From contig JYFJ02001510.1 in the NCBI GenBank assembly GCA_000934665.2, positions 1-64,000 on the forward strand: 64,000 nt of DNA. The letters are read 5' to 3'. The translations under genes were made by a program, and so were the position numbers. Below the pieces are notes generated by a model. That model saw only the letters and a list, made by a program, of their open reading frames with translations. It did not search any database and had not been told where the DNA came from. The number at the start of each line of letters is the position of its first letter. The first letter of the stretch is position 1. This document shows positions 19,701 to 34,700 of the stretch, one piece after another. Origin of the DNA: Catajapyx aquilonaris. Lineage: Eukaryota.

Positions 19701-22700
19701 TTAGCTGGAGCTGAGAGGTGACGACGCTGTCTTGGTGATGGCGAACCTTCACAAAAATAGGTAGAGTTAACAGGAGAGTATTGTGAGTTTTTAGGTACAC
19801 ACCAGCTAAAGGACTCATTAGACATACGTGCTACACAGGGGGCAGGGGGGATTGACTCAACACTAACAATGAACACTATTTTCATCTTTCACACAGCATT
19901 GGGTATGACTACTAATTCAATTATTATTATTATTAATTCACTTCTGCAGAGTAATTGGATAATTTTCCTTTGGGCTACTCCCTTGTTATATTACATACTT
20001 GTAAAAATCCATCATAGTATAGTGCCAGTGGTACAACTAATGCTTCGATAGTGTGAAGATCATTATCTTCCAAACAGCAGAAATCAAGGCAGAAATGTTA
20101 TTTAGTAGGCTACCATTAGTCACTAGTTTGATTTAAGTAGTTTTTATGTCTTGTTTGGTTGTAGTCATAGGAGGCTGAATTTCACTTACATACTTTAAGC
20201 TTTACTGCTGTTGCATGTGATACTTGCATTTTGATGTAGAAAATAATCTGGCATTTTTTGGTTAGGTAATATGTTAGAAAACATAAGGTATCTCAGTGCA
20301 GTAAAAACTAGCAGCAATGGCATAAAGTAACAACTTATTTTAAAATATTTATCCCAACACTGGTTACACTGACACAAGAAAGAACTTACACACAATGGTT
20401 TCAAAAGGTGTGTGGAAGAGCGAGAGTGAGAGCGAGAGATAAGCGGCAACAGTCATAGGGGACTAACAAGAGAGGGATGAACACAGAAGACAGCTAGAGA
20501 ACAAGGAACAGATCATTCAAACACCGTCACCCAGGTAAGTAGGGGGGACGAGGAATGTGGGTGGGGGACTCACGGCGTGGGCGTAGGAGATCATCAAGGC
20601 TGAAAGTGCGGCTTGACTCGTGGGCCTGCGGAGTGGAGGCCGCCGAGGCCGCAGCTGAGACAGATGCTAGGCTGAGCAGAGATGGTTTTCGGAGGCCCAG
20701 TCGGCTTAGGAGAGACCTTTGTGGTGGAGGACTGCATGGGGGTGCAGGGCTTGCAGTAGAGAGACCCCCACCATATGTTGGAGACAAGCGGCCTGCAAAC
20801 GACGCGACCACAACCCACCATGTCAACCAAGACATGTTGGTGAAAATGAAGGGGCAAATCCTACCACCCTCCTCTTACAGTGGTCATCAAAATAATGGGA
20901 TGGGAGGATAAGGACAGTGTTGTGGATTTTCCACAGGTTATGGACTTGCAGAGACTTGTCATGGATGCCAGGTGCAAAACTTGCCATTTAGAATAATTAA
21001 CTTAATTTAAAATGTACAGAATGAATCTGTTACATTAATGACCTCCTATAAATGCCCTAATGGTTACGTAGATTCTTCAAGCACATAACCTGTGTATTTC
21101 CAAGAAGCTACTGGTTGGTACTTATTGTTGCACCTGTCTGAGAACAAAGTACTGTCAGTTATAAAGTGATCTGTAGCTATTGAATTTTACTACATGATTG
21201 TGTGACATGTTGCAGAGTACCATCAATAGCTCTTGGTACCATTAATGGCACATTGCAACAAGTGCATTATTTTATATAAGTGAGGGGAGATAAGCAAAGT
21301 CCAAAACATTGTCCATTCCAATGTGATTTTGGATGGGTTGGTTATGTGCCCTAAAGTCCTTTTGAGGACCACTGTTCTGCACTCTCGCATCCACAATAAT
21401 CCATAGTGGGGGGCATACCAAGAAAGTGCTGTAACTAAGTAATTATAAATGTCCACCTTGAGGCAATAACATATTCTGTGCCAAACTTACCCCTAGCTTT
21501 GTCGTCTTCTGCCAACAGCCTTTCAAGCTTCTCAGGGAAGTGACGCTTCAGACACCAGACAAGTCCAATGGCAGCCAGCACAGCAGTAACAGTGATGAGA
21601 CCCAACCAAAAGGGCTCCTCCAACATGCGCTGAGACAGAGGTTTGTAGCGTATGTTGGTCATCCTCCTCTCACACCTGGTGCCTTCCCACCATGCATGGC
21701 ACCGGCACACAAAGGTGTGATTGCGTTCCTCACAGTCTCCACGTCCTTCACAGGGGTTACCATCACAGGGACGTTTACGGCGATCACAGAGGCCTCCACT
21801 GAATCCAGGTTGGCAGCGGCACCTGAACCCAGATGGAGACTCAGCATCATCTGGTGACTCAGGAAGAAGTTCGCAGGTGCCAAATAGGCAAGGGTTTAGG
21901 TCACAGGCAGACAGAGCACAAAATAAACCAGTGTATTGTGGCTTGCAACGGCAGCGCATCTGGTTCTTCTTTTTGTCTGCTACACACCTCCCTCCATTTG
22001 AGCAGCTTCCAGGTGAGGTAGCAACACATGTGTCCACTCCTGGAAGTTAAAATTGTGTCTGGTTTAGTACCTTATGGTTTAGTAACCATGCACTCAAGTA
22101 CTTGTACTTGGAAAAACTTACCATCAGGAGTCTTATATCCATCCTGAGCAGCAGCAAGAACCTTAGCGCGGAAGTTCGGATCTGGTAGGGCCTGGACCTC
22201 AGCATTCAAGGCCAGTGTCCGTTGCCGTAATGGTCCAGTCACATGCAACAGTATGAGCCAATGGAAGTGGGACACTAACTCCAGTGGAGCAGGAGACAAT
22301 GAGCACAGGCTCAGTGGACTAGAGGTACCAAATGGATCATGAGCCAGTGCATCATTTCCATCACCATTCACGCTGCAGGCTGAGAGAGCAGGCTGGACAT
22401 GTAGTTGAACCACGTGATCCAGAGGTGCTAGCATTTGAAACTGGAGGCGAACCCCAGGTGGAGGTGGAAGGGGAAAATTCAAGTGGTGGAGAGGTGTTGG
22501 GGAAGTTGAAGTTGGAAGCATCACTTGTATTTCAGCCAGGAGAGAAGTTTCAGCTCGGAACAGGGCCTACACATAAAATGAACATAAAATTGTGACTGTA
22601 AATTATAAGGCTTTTACTCCAATATAACCTAGCAGTGAACATGGCAAAACTCAATGATATGCACATAATAGTGGAGAGTGCCTGCTTCTGTTTCACTTGA

Positions 22701-25700
22701 GTTATGAGACTATACAATTTAAAAATTATTTGGATATAGCAAACTTGGCCCATGTTTTGTGCATTTTCTACCGTATTTGCAGTATTTAAGATTTTATTGT
22801 ATGTGAAATTAGAGGAAATGTACATTTAAATGCATGGTATTCCAAGTCTAAATATCCCATTCTAGAACTCTCAGGACTGACCTGCAAACCACGTCCTATT
22901 CTTCCGCGATGACTAACTAGCTTGACCACCAGTCTTGACCCATAGGACAGGAAACTTGTTTTGAGGGGCTGACCAGTCAAGTTACCACATAGATTGATGG
23001 TATCCAGCAAGCTGCTGCTGTCGCTCTTGTCAGTGGTATCACCAGTGTTGCTGTCAGGACCTAGCTGTACTTGGATGTAGTCATCCTGCAAGTCACACTC
23101 CCCAAAAGTGTCAGGAGTTCCCACCTCCATGACAGAAAACCGAATCCAGACCCGATGACCCTCAGGAGCCCGAATGTCGACAGAGCAGGTAAGATCTTCT
23201 AGGTAGTAGAACGGAAAGTTGGGGCTTCTCAACTCTGAGTCTTTATCCAGAGTTGCTTCCATTGATGTTTCAGGGCATCCAGATATGTCAACTGCTCTCC
23301 AGACAGCTGAAAATCCAGATCCACTGACAGACCAGTCAGAGTGGAATGTGAAGGTCATGTTGGGACCTTGGGCTACAAAGTCAAGGCTGAAATGAAAAAT
23401 TGAGCCAGTGAAGTGTTGAAGGGCAGACAATCCTGCATAAATCCCACTCAGGCATTTTACAAGGGGCTTACTGATTTTCAAACTTTTCATCAACTGAACG
23501 TTTCAATTTTATTCCATGGATCTATATCATGTTCTTTATATATAATAAATAATAATCAATGTCTCTCTTTGACCTGTGTTCATTGGAATGGTCTCTTGGC
23601 GTGGGTAGTGATACTGTTAGTAAGATTAGAAATATGCATATTATGTGCAGCATGAAATGTGACAGTACAACATACTTAGTGAGATCCCCATCATGTCGTC
23701 CACAAAGACGCCTCTTCTGTCCCATCCCATCATCCAGCTCTATGTAATCATAGAGACAACGTGTCTGCCTCTCTATATCCAAGCTGGTGAAGTGTACCAG
23801 AAGCTTAGAATGAGGTGGCCCTTCCATGTGAATTGAATAATGCAGCCTGGGGTAATAGCCAGCAGGGAAGTTGGGAGAAGAGAAGGTACCCCCTGACCCC
23901 TTGAGAGTCCTGTTGGCAGCATCAGTCAGTGATGGTGACAGCAGTCCTTCAGAGGAGCCATCACGTCGGCAGACATAACCTCCCAAGAGTGAACATCTTG
24001 TGGCTTGCCACGGGAACTGCCTCCCTGCACCACCACCCAGGTTACTTCCAGCAAGTGCTGCTGACCATTGTATAGAGAGGCACCAGTCATCACGTGTTGG
24101 TGGTGAAGATGACCATCCTGAAATGAAATAGCAATGTCTACGAAACAAGCGCAGAGACTGTAGGTAGTCAGATCATCCACACCCTCACTCCTCAAAGTGC
24201 TGGTTGAACAAGAGTTATTGGTCAGCTATAAATTAGTTATTAGGACTTCTGCATGATAGATTAATGAGACATGTATGTCATAGTTATTTCGAATTTTTGA
24301 TAGCCATTAGGTTAAATATCTGGAATGCTTCATTTGAAGTTACATCATAGCTTCTCTCAAGCTTGGTGGTGATGCACAATGAGATATATTAGGTGTAACT
24401 ACTAGAGCTGCTTGTTAAATAAGCCGTTATGTGCTGTATGTCCTGCTGTGAATCTCGCACACATTCTTTCTCACTAATGTAGGATAAGTGTTATTTTTTA
24501 ATCAATCACAAATGGGTTTAGGAGTCAGCTGGCTGAAATAAGTGGGGGTGATGACTGATGCAGGCTGTAATTAAATGAATAAATGAAATAATTATTATGC
24601 CCACCTGAATAGTTGAGAGCAGAACCGTCCGTCCATCGCCAATTTCCATCATTGGCCTCTACTTTGGCACCCAACCAGAAAAGAGCACGCCTGGTGAAGT
24701 CCGGACTGGCAACCAGGTGGCGAGTCAAGAATGCCTCTTCTGCGTCTGAAGAGATGCTAGCCAACGATGCCTTCAGAGGACATGCCGTCATTAAGAGCAT
24801 GGACTACTGGCAGTGAACACCAAGTCATTTCACAGGGCAGGGGCAGGTCGACTCACTTTCATCCCTAGGCAGATCTGCTCAGCGGTATGCCAGGTGACCT
24901 CTGGGAAGGCTACGAACAGGAAGCAGGAGCGTCCAAACCTCTTGAGGTGCCCCTCTGGACACTCATCATCTGCATTCTCCAGCACAACCAGGGCTTTGAA
25001 ACCCTCGAAGTGATGGGATACATCTGACACAAAGGTTAGCTTCAGGGTGATGCTCTTAGTAGTAAATTGAAGGAGTTTGAGGCGATCGCTCCAGTCTCCA
25101 CACCACTTTCGAGGAGTAGAATTGGCTGGGCTGCCTCCTACTGCTATTTCCTCTGCTTCCAGATAATCATAAGGGCATCTGGAATCAAATGTTCAAAAAT
25201 GAACCATCATTTAGGATGATACTTTTAAAATGTGACTTACCCTGTCCCCCCTTCTATCCGGAAGTCATCAAACTTGAGTGTCAGTCTCATGCCTACTGGT
25301 GCTGTGATCAAAACCACACAGAGTAGGCCATCTGGGTAAGGTGATGGATATCCAGGCGAGGTCAGCATTACACGAGGCTGCTCTGCACTCAAACTGAAGC
25401 TCCGGTTGCAATTATTGTGAGGTGATGCCATTTTTCCTTGATTTGTCACAGCAGACAAAGGTCTGGAGCAAACGAATGAATTCTGGGCACCACAATGTGC
25501 ATCATTCCAATAGAAGTGGGATGCAGTCCGAGCCATCTTTCCACCTGGTAATGCTGGGAAGCGGCGGCGGAGCTCAACACAGTCCTGGGATCCTAGCCCA
25601 TCATCACTGGGTTGCGAACCATGGATAACTCCAGGAACATCATCTAGGGAAGCTGCATCAAGGGCTGCCCATCCAGGAAACCAGTCTGCAAATTGTTACA

Positions 25701-28700
25701 GGTAATGTTTCAATAATGCTCATGGAGCATGATGAACTGTCAGCTTACTGGTGTAAGTTAAGTGAGCGCCATTAACCCATCGGAAAGCGCCTTCTGCCTG
25801 ACGATCGGAGGCACCTATCCAATATGTCCTTCCAGGGTTGAATCCAGCACTAACAACATAAACAATTCTTTTGTGAGTCACCAGTCACATTGTTATTTTA
25901 GTTGGGCACATAGAAATTGGCACATTATCATGGATGGAAGCGATGGAAGTCAGCTCTCAAAGATTAGTATGGCGGTATTATAAATGTTTCTTTCATGCCA
26001 TAATGTGATAAGGATCAGCCTGGACGCAGGAAGTAACTTACCCACGTGGTAACTGCCATGTAAATGTACCTGAAATGTTAGAAGTAAACAACAAGTTACT
26101 TCGTTGGTAAGTTATCATCTTTGTCCAGACCTGAGCCACAAATGACTACACCTCAGAAAATATGTCCACACCTCTCCTGAATGATAGCCTCCAGCCAGCT
26201 TTGAGTTGCTGCATCTGGTATGTGGGCCAAATCCCCTCCTTGAGCCACACACCAATCCTGTGCCTTCTGCCATGCCAGGGTTTGCTCCTCCAGCCAGAAG
26301 CAAGTGTTGGGCCTTTCTGGGGGCCCTTTGACCCACCCATCGGAACAGTCATTCTCCAGTGGCTCAGTTTCCCACCTAAACCGCAGCTGAATCTCAGAGA
26401 AAGAGAAAGCAGTGTCCCCTCCTCCTCTGTTGATGCTGAGTGACAGTTGGGATGTCTTCGACAGTGCTCTCCTTCTCTGTCCAGCCAAATGCTTTCTGTC
26501 ACCACCATCACACCAGAGCCACCTCTTACCTAGACCATCACGAAGTGCAACATGGCCAGTGTTTTGTGGGCATTCATCAATGTCACGGGCATCATGGGCA
26601 TCCAGCTCATCACTTGCATCTCTGGTCCTGGGAGATGTTGAGGTTGGGGTCCAGGTGATGAAACGGACTTCTATGACTGCCTGGCGTCCCTTAGGGGCAG
26701 AGAACGTCCACCAGCAAGTGGCAGGAAGGATATCGGCTCTGAGGCGGACAACTCCACCATGATACCCTACGTGGAGGGAGCAAGGGGCTATGGGCTTAGT
26801 GGCCAGCTGGAAAGTTTCTCCGGGAGCCCAGCCTCCAGGGACATGCAACAGGAGTAATGCCGGGCCAGGCCAGACAACTCTTTTCTCAGATTCTTCCAAC
26901 TAAAATCAAAATAATAATAGCATGTATTAATTCCTACTTCAATAAGGAATGGGGGTCTAATGCGTAAGGTTTCTTAAATGTGGCATAAAAACTTCCGTGA
27001 TGATAGTCCGATTATTTTATTTCACTAAATTTTATGCTAAATTTTACTTCCCTCTTTATTAGGAAAATGTTCTTAGAGGTGCTTTATTGGGTTGCTCATA
27101 ATTATAGTGACATAAAATGATTCACATAAAACTCCAGCCATATAACCTACTTCTGGTAAGATTCCGCATATGCGTGTAGGAGGTGTGACAAGGTCAGCAC
27201 CTAGGTCATCTCCCCAAGAGCTTTTGAGTCTCTGAGCTGCTCTGATGGCCCAGGTTGGCATTGAGTCCGTTATTCCTCCTCCTCTTCTCACTCCTGTGGG
27301 AAGATCGGAAGGCGCCTCTTGGGGCAGAGGGAGGATCTCCAGCCCCTGACCAGAGCACATCCCGGGGCCGCCCCTGAGCTTGAGCCGCACGGGGGTGAGC
27401 TCCAGGGCATGGTGAGGTCGGGCTGGGACCAGAAAGGCGCATTCTTCCACTGAAGCCAACTCCTCGAAAGATACCTGGGTAGTTACGTCTTTTAGGACGC
27501 CTATACATCCTATTGTGCAAGAGAACAACCAGATGGGATATTGCATAAGAAAACACTGTTTCACTGTAATTCTGGAAAAAAACAAGTACAGTGTGGATAA
27601 AAATAATGGAGACGAACTTGGTAAGGATCTCCGACGCGTACTTTGTCAAACTGCAGACATTATACTCCTCTAATGCTATATTGCGTGTGCCAGTCTGGTG
27701 AAGTACACATCGATAATAATGTGTTTCACTGAACAAGTTGGAGCACCTTAAATATATTCGTCTCTATCACTATGCTCTTGACTATGTAAGTCATGATGAA
27801 TGTGCTCAATATGGAACAAGTAGCTTGCACTCCTTCCCAACTGGCGCATGAAGAGTAATGGGCCACCAAAGTAGCCTGAAGTAACAGTTGGAATTTTTCT
27901 CCTCAATAACTCCAGTGACAGCGCAATATGGCTCCAAATCGAAACAAGCTGCTGGATTACTTTGGCTCATGAAATTTTAATGCCCGCCCTCAAGAACAGC
28001 AGTGCAGGTGTCTGCAAGGTCATGAGTTTCTTGAAGAAATCGCAGTCTCAGACATAATGGTGCCGATGCCATCTGGATGAACTGTGCTCAAGCAAGGCTT
28101 CAGTGAGGGGTCGTACCATATAGTAATAGATGATGTCGATTTATAGTTCAGTAAAGTGACGAGTCAACATGTAACAATATACAGTATCCTCCTATTTATT
28201 TAGGCGAACGCAAAGACACATATGCATAGAGCAACAGGGCCGCTAGACCGCTAGAGACTCTCCGTGGCTTCACACCATCTGAGCGTATGAATTATTGTTG
28301 TAAAAGCTGAATAATAAATTCAAAACCTGTCAAGCAGGCTGTCAGATATGTCCGTACTGCATCAACAGAGAACACGAATCTGGGCTGAGCCTATGATAAG
28401 CGGTGCAGATAAATGTCAGTAAACCTCATAACATGGCAAGTATATTTAGGATCTCCCAGCTCCTGCGCTAGTTTTTGCTGCTGCGTAGCTTGTCAGTCCT
28501 TACTGCACTTGAAAACACTTTCCTGATTACGAAGGAGGATTGTCCACTATTCTGTACTGTAGAATGGATGGACACACTGATGCACTGTACAATCTTCACT
28601 TTTGACAGCTTGTTTTTCAGTATAAGAAACATAGAAATTGGAAAAAAATGAGACTGTTGCAAATAACGCAAAAGTATCGGTATCAGTCTATACAATATAC

Positions 28701-31700
28701 TAGAATTTTTTGTGCTCTGTAATACTGCACAGTAATATTTCTGCAACAAAAACGCCCCCATTGCTAATATCAGTATTGGATTATCTCTGCGTATGCTGTC
28801 TTCGAGATGTCAGTGAGAAATTTAATTAATAAATATGAATTATTGAAACATTTTCAAAGCTTCATTATCATAGCTTATGATAATTTTCCTGCGCTGTGTA
28901 AGCCAAGGTTACGATTTGCATCTTCATTTGAATTAATTAATTAAATAAGATCCTTCTAAGCAGTTTTGCAGCTTCAACTATAAGAAGGTCCTATAGACTG
29001 CTGCAGGCTATCGGAAATACGCGTAAATAAAATGTGTCTAGACTCTATAGAAGTATAGTGTATTGTCATTGCTGAAAGACTCCGAAACTATACAAATAGC
29101 GGAAAGAACTGGAAGTGGATATTTAAAGCGCGTTCTTTTTAAATGAATCTTTACTGACAGTATCACTGTAACATCACAGCTCTCTTGATACAATGTGAAA
29201 CGTTATACATGCCCTGCGTCATAATAGCACGGAGGTGGATTCACAAAACATAATTTTCCGCTGGATTCAATAAACAGTGCATTTGCAATGCCCGGAGCGA
29301 TGAAATACTGCGTCAGTTGCGTAATGAGCACTAAATCCCATCTAAAATTGTTTTGCCATGAGATGAAAAGCAGCTGTGGTATTCAGGCTCAGTCGCCCCT
29401 GTTCAACGAGAAAACCACATGAAAGGCACCGTGCAAATTGCAATACATGGCAACTTCATCCTGATCACACGGCCACCATTGCGCCTCTCTTGGTCTGCTG
29501 GGTTGGGGTAAACCAGGCGCTCTAAAGATGTGAACCCATTGTTTCATACAGCGGGGTATCGCTATTACAAAGGTTGAAGCTGTCTTATTATTACATGTGC
29601 TGCAGTGCCGCTATTGATTGGCGCGCTACATGTTTATTAGTGCAATAATGCCATAAACTAAACTTTCGCAAGTGAAAGAAATCGTAGGTTTCTGGAAGAA
29701 TGTACAGTCACGAGCATATACAGCGCAATATAGGAACGGATCGGTGCCAATTTTGCTTTCTCTCCATTTGCATGCGAATGTGCGTCAATTTTTTAGAGTG
29801 AAGGCTGTAGAAAGTCGTGATGGTGAGCGACACGGAAGGAGGCGTTTATTCCGTAATCAGAGATGCAAAGTAAGGTCAAAAAAGTCCTGAAACCAACTGC
29901 TAGTACTTTTGGATCCCCGTTCTCATTTTCATTCCGACGATGTTGCTCTAAACAAACTGAGTAAAGCAGCAATAACCACCAAATTGCATGCACCAGTCGC
30001 TGTTGTCCGAAACGCCTTATCGGATCTAGCCAGAGTTTGAATCGTGATTGAAGGGACATAAAAAGCTGCATTTTGATGCACAGGGCGTGGTCTCTTCAGA
30101 TAATGTTGGGAGCCTCCGAGCCTCCGCCAAAAAGTACGAATCTTGTATAGAGTAAACGAGGGATATTTGGAGTTGCGCCAGAGAAGGCTAGTAAAACAGG
30201 ACGATATCAACAGCATTGCAGCAGCAAGACGGGTGTAAAAACGAGCTGGCAGGAAACACGAGAACCATCTCGATTCTAAATGAGACTCTAGTACTGCAAT
30301 ACCCAGACGCGTTGGATTTTTTTTTCTCTCTCACCCCCGCCGCATCATGGCGTCGACGCCAAATCTACCATTAGCGGCAGCCCGTTAGTAGCACTCCAAA
30401 TGGAGTGGGTAATAATTTTAAAATGCTGACTGTACCTTCTCTGAATGGTATGACAAGCCTGACGCGTCGTATGACCCCTTGGTGAGGACCTCGGAGGAAG
30501 CGGAAGCTAAATGACAGCGTTGCGTCGGAAGAAGACACAGAGGAGGTGGAAGATGAAGGGTCTTGGAGGCTTGCCCTCGGTGTCCAGGGAATGCGGGCTT
30601 TCCCATACTTCATGCGTCCAGCCAGAAGAGTCTTCCAGGAAGGGCCTGGACACATGCCCAATTCATACACGGCTGCACCTTCCGAAGGACCCATGTCACC
30701 AATTGAGTCTTCGTCCGAAGGTAGCTCCAAGAGGAACTCGATGGGCGTGGGAGACGATATCACCACTGTTGGAAACATATCATGTTAGTGCAAAGGATAT
30801 TCCTTGTTGGCAACGTAAGGCTGGAAAGCAAACAAACTACACCATTATTTAATACCGTTACGTTCTTGGCACGTCTTAGGTGGAACTACTGATATTACGA
30901 ATTATGCGCATAATATTTGTGGATGATTGGGAAGGTTGTGGTGCAGATAGAAATGATATATGAAGAAACTTGTGGGTTTGCACCGCCAATTTTCTTAATT
31001 CGAAGCACACAGTCGACGTTAACGCGAAGTTATAGTCTTAACCGGTGGTGCATGCATTATTCATGGGTGGGAACTAGAACTTTTCTTGCCTCATGATTTA
31101 TGTATCTTTTGTGTTTTCCAAGTGCCCAATCCAGACTAAAAGTCTTGGTCAATTGCGAAAAAGAAAGGAACGACGGCTTCTAAAGCCCGTCATCTCAAGT
31201 TCGATATGACGTTTACAATACTTTCAGTTATTTTATTGCTCTAGGGTTGCAGTAGATTACTTTCCAAGCGTATAACTTAATAAAATAAAAAATCACTTCA
31301 AATGGCCCTGGGGGCTTAATTTTACCCTTCCATGGGCCGGGATCCAATCCATAACTGCAGCTTATCGTGTCATTTCAGAAACTCTACTGGATTATTACGC
31401 CGCGCAGTAGCATTTTATGATGAACAGTTAAAAAATGAGGAAAACCATGACCTCTGGAGAAGCACTAACTTTAGGTCAACTGCAGGCAACCATCTCGAAC
31501 CATCTCTAAATTTCAAGCTAAAACAGAATTTACCCGGTGCTTTTCGTAAATATATGGCAAGAGACCCTCGTAAAGTATACATCACATCGGTGATTCAGTG
31601 AAGCTGTTCAAATAATTATGGCTTACTCCAGCTTACTAGCAACATACCGATGGTTTACATGCGCAAGTCACGAGCCTTGGTCGACTTGGCTGATAAGCCA

Positions 31701-34700
31701 TACATTTTACTTGTATGTAAGATAATTTTCTGTATGAGGTAAGTTTGGATCAGGTTCCATTTCTACCACACAAACCATAACCTTCACTTCCCGTCCAACG
31801 ATGTTATCATCATCAATCATGGAATATGTTTAGTAAATATTTCACCCATAAATTGAGCTCATTTTGAGTCATTTTTGTATAGTTAAGTTCACCCAGGGGA
31901 GAGAACTGTTTATTGATTATTCACATCAGATTGAGTGTATTGACGATTTGACAATCTTTGAGAGAAGAGAAGCAAATATCTCTTATGAAACTGTGAAAAA
32001 TCACTCATATAGAAAAGAGGAAGTAGGCGGAATCCATTCAAAATATTCCGTACTGATATATCAGCGTCCCAAGTTGATTTCTTACTCGTTCGCATCGAAC
32101 ACTTTCCGCCTAGCCTTACCCTGTACACATTGACTGTTGCATATCAGGAAAGAGAGCCATTAAAATAACATTGACCTTCCTGTGGCTATCGGAAACGGAT
32201 AACCCAGCACTGTAATGTGCCGTGGGTGTTGCCAATTTCTCTTCGTGACACGGGGTCGAGTGCGGGTGCCAATGATCCGTGGGCCTCGACTAATATCGTT
32301 GCCCCTTTTGGGGCTTGGATGATATATGAGGGGGGGCTAAAGAACAAGTAGAAAACGCGGTGTTGCCGCTTGTTCTATCGATTTCGTCGCAGTGCAGCGC
32401 CTATAGAATGCCAGGGCGGACTCCCCAACTCTCTGCAGGGCTATCCATTCCATAGTCTATTATAGTCCATCCATCCGGAGATAAAGCCCACCCCCATTGC
32501 TAACTCACTCGCCTTCCGCCTTGTTACCACGACCTTCCATTTTTTTCTCATTTTTTTCTGCAAGCAAAGGGGCTTGTGCAAACATGGCTTCTCTCTCGCC
32601 GGATCTGTCATACTTGGCTGGGCAAACTGGAAATTTGTTTAGAGCGCGCCATTACTTACGCCAGCAGCCTTTGACTAGCTCCCTGTAAACAAATTTCTAC
32701 CGGGGATGTACTGCAGTAGTGTATATAAACCGCCGGGCAAGCAGCAAAGTGCACACAGTTGCATGCCACGACCCAAATGCAGGTCCTGTAAGCCCTGCAA
32801 TCAAATATTAATTGATGGGACCAAGCAAAAGGCCAGCTCTCAGGGAGCAGCCAATCATGCTTGGACTGTTTGCACACTACTCACCCTGGAATAATATTGC
32901 AGAGCTTGTTCAAAACTATTTTTTTTATATTAGAACGGTTCGGCTTAAAAAAAAAAAATCTCCAGCACTTGGCATTTAAACAAACATGCAACAGTTCACT
33001 ATTTCCTCAAAAGGGTAGTGTAAAAAACATTTCGCATCATTTCTCCCAGTTATTCACGGCTGACTGTAACCAGACCCCATGGTCTCAGGTCGTAAAGCCA
33101 TTTTCAAGGAACTGTAGCCGCCTGGAGCTATGGGCATATCCGTTTAAAGAGGTCTATAGCTTAGCCCTCCCGAGATAAACGCTGGCAAGCCGGAGACCTT
33201 CACGGGGGAACTCCCTAGTGACTGCCTTTCGAGCCTCAGAAAAACTCTTCAAGTGGGCGTCTCATGAATTTTGGATTAGGGTGTAGCAACACTCGCCTTT
33301 TATCCGCACACGTGCACTTTACGTGTGTTTCCACGACTAGAATCGGAAATGCTTTGACATGCACGGCAGGCCACTAACTGCTTCCTAAACGAGTGAAGCA
33401 CTAATGGGATAGTAGAAAAAAACTGAAAGATGGAAGTGACATAGACACGTTACTTTCGCTGATTGAAAGTTGCGCGATATTACAGCAGAATTGCGGAAGA
33501 GACGATTGTGGTCTTTTTTTGTGTGTGTTTGCGTGTTTTATGCTGGTTTTGGAGGTCGATCGACCGCCCATCAGTTATACTTGGCAGGAATTGTATATAG
33601 AGAGAAGCCGCCCTCAATTTTTATTCTTCGATTATTGCTGGCCTGCCAAAATGAGGCACATTTTCCCGCCATGCTTCCTGTCCCCCGTGGGGGGTACGAG
33701 TCAAACTTCGATATCTAGCTATGGGGATCCAGCGATCTAGTTTTGGAAGAATGGAATTACGGTAAGATGGCTTCCGCTATTCTATTTATAGTGCTGGGGT
33801 GGGGGTCATCCGTAAATCGATGAATATTTTGCCAAAAGGGGTTGCTTAAAAAATTTGTCGCTCTCTCTTGAATTGTCTTGCGCAGGATGTACTGAACAGT
33901 ACAATATTCAAAAGTACGCAGCTCAAGAGCGGGGGTTAGAGGAAACGTTATGGATTGTTTACCACTACAAGCTACAACCACTACAATCACACAGTCACTA
34001 TACTAGTGATTTTTTTTTTAAAAAAAGGTGTGGAGATTGGTTCCAGTATTGCATAAGTTATATTCGGTATACAGTATGATTTGAAACTTCTTTTAATTTT
34101 TTATTGCGAATAAGTTGCGTCCGCGTTGCTTCGTGTCGTTGAGTCACATATTTTATTTATTTCAAAAGACATCCAAGTGGAAAGTTTTCAAATGTATTCG
34201 CTTCACTTTAAGGTTAACTTTGTGACGGACTGTGGGCGGTGGATGCATGCACATGGGGAATCCAAAATGAAATAAATTGTTTTATTCTGCATTTCCCCTG
34301 CGGTAACATGCACCTATAAGTTTTATTTCGAATGATATGACGACCTTTTCGACTGAGTCCGATCAAATATTGCAAAATTATTGTTTTCAATAATGCACTG
34401 GCGCAATATTATAAGTACAAACTTAAACTGCGCAATACCTCATGCAGTGAAACCAATAATAAAATATGCGATTTCATTTGCTTGGTCATGTAAGCCAATA
34501 TTTTATGTAAGCTATATAGGATGATCTTCAGCAGATTCCTATTCAGTATACGGAAACTTTCCGTGGAAAGGACCTACTCCCCTATAGAGCGTTTTCAATA
34601 CGACGTAGACAAAGTACTAAGGTATACATTTTAAAATCTAGAGTGACAGTAAATCGATACAATTAACAAATGCATCATACGATCCGCAGTATAATATGAA

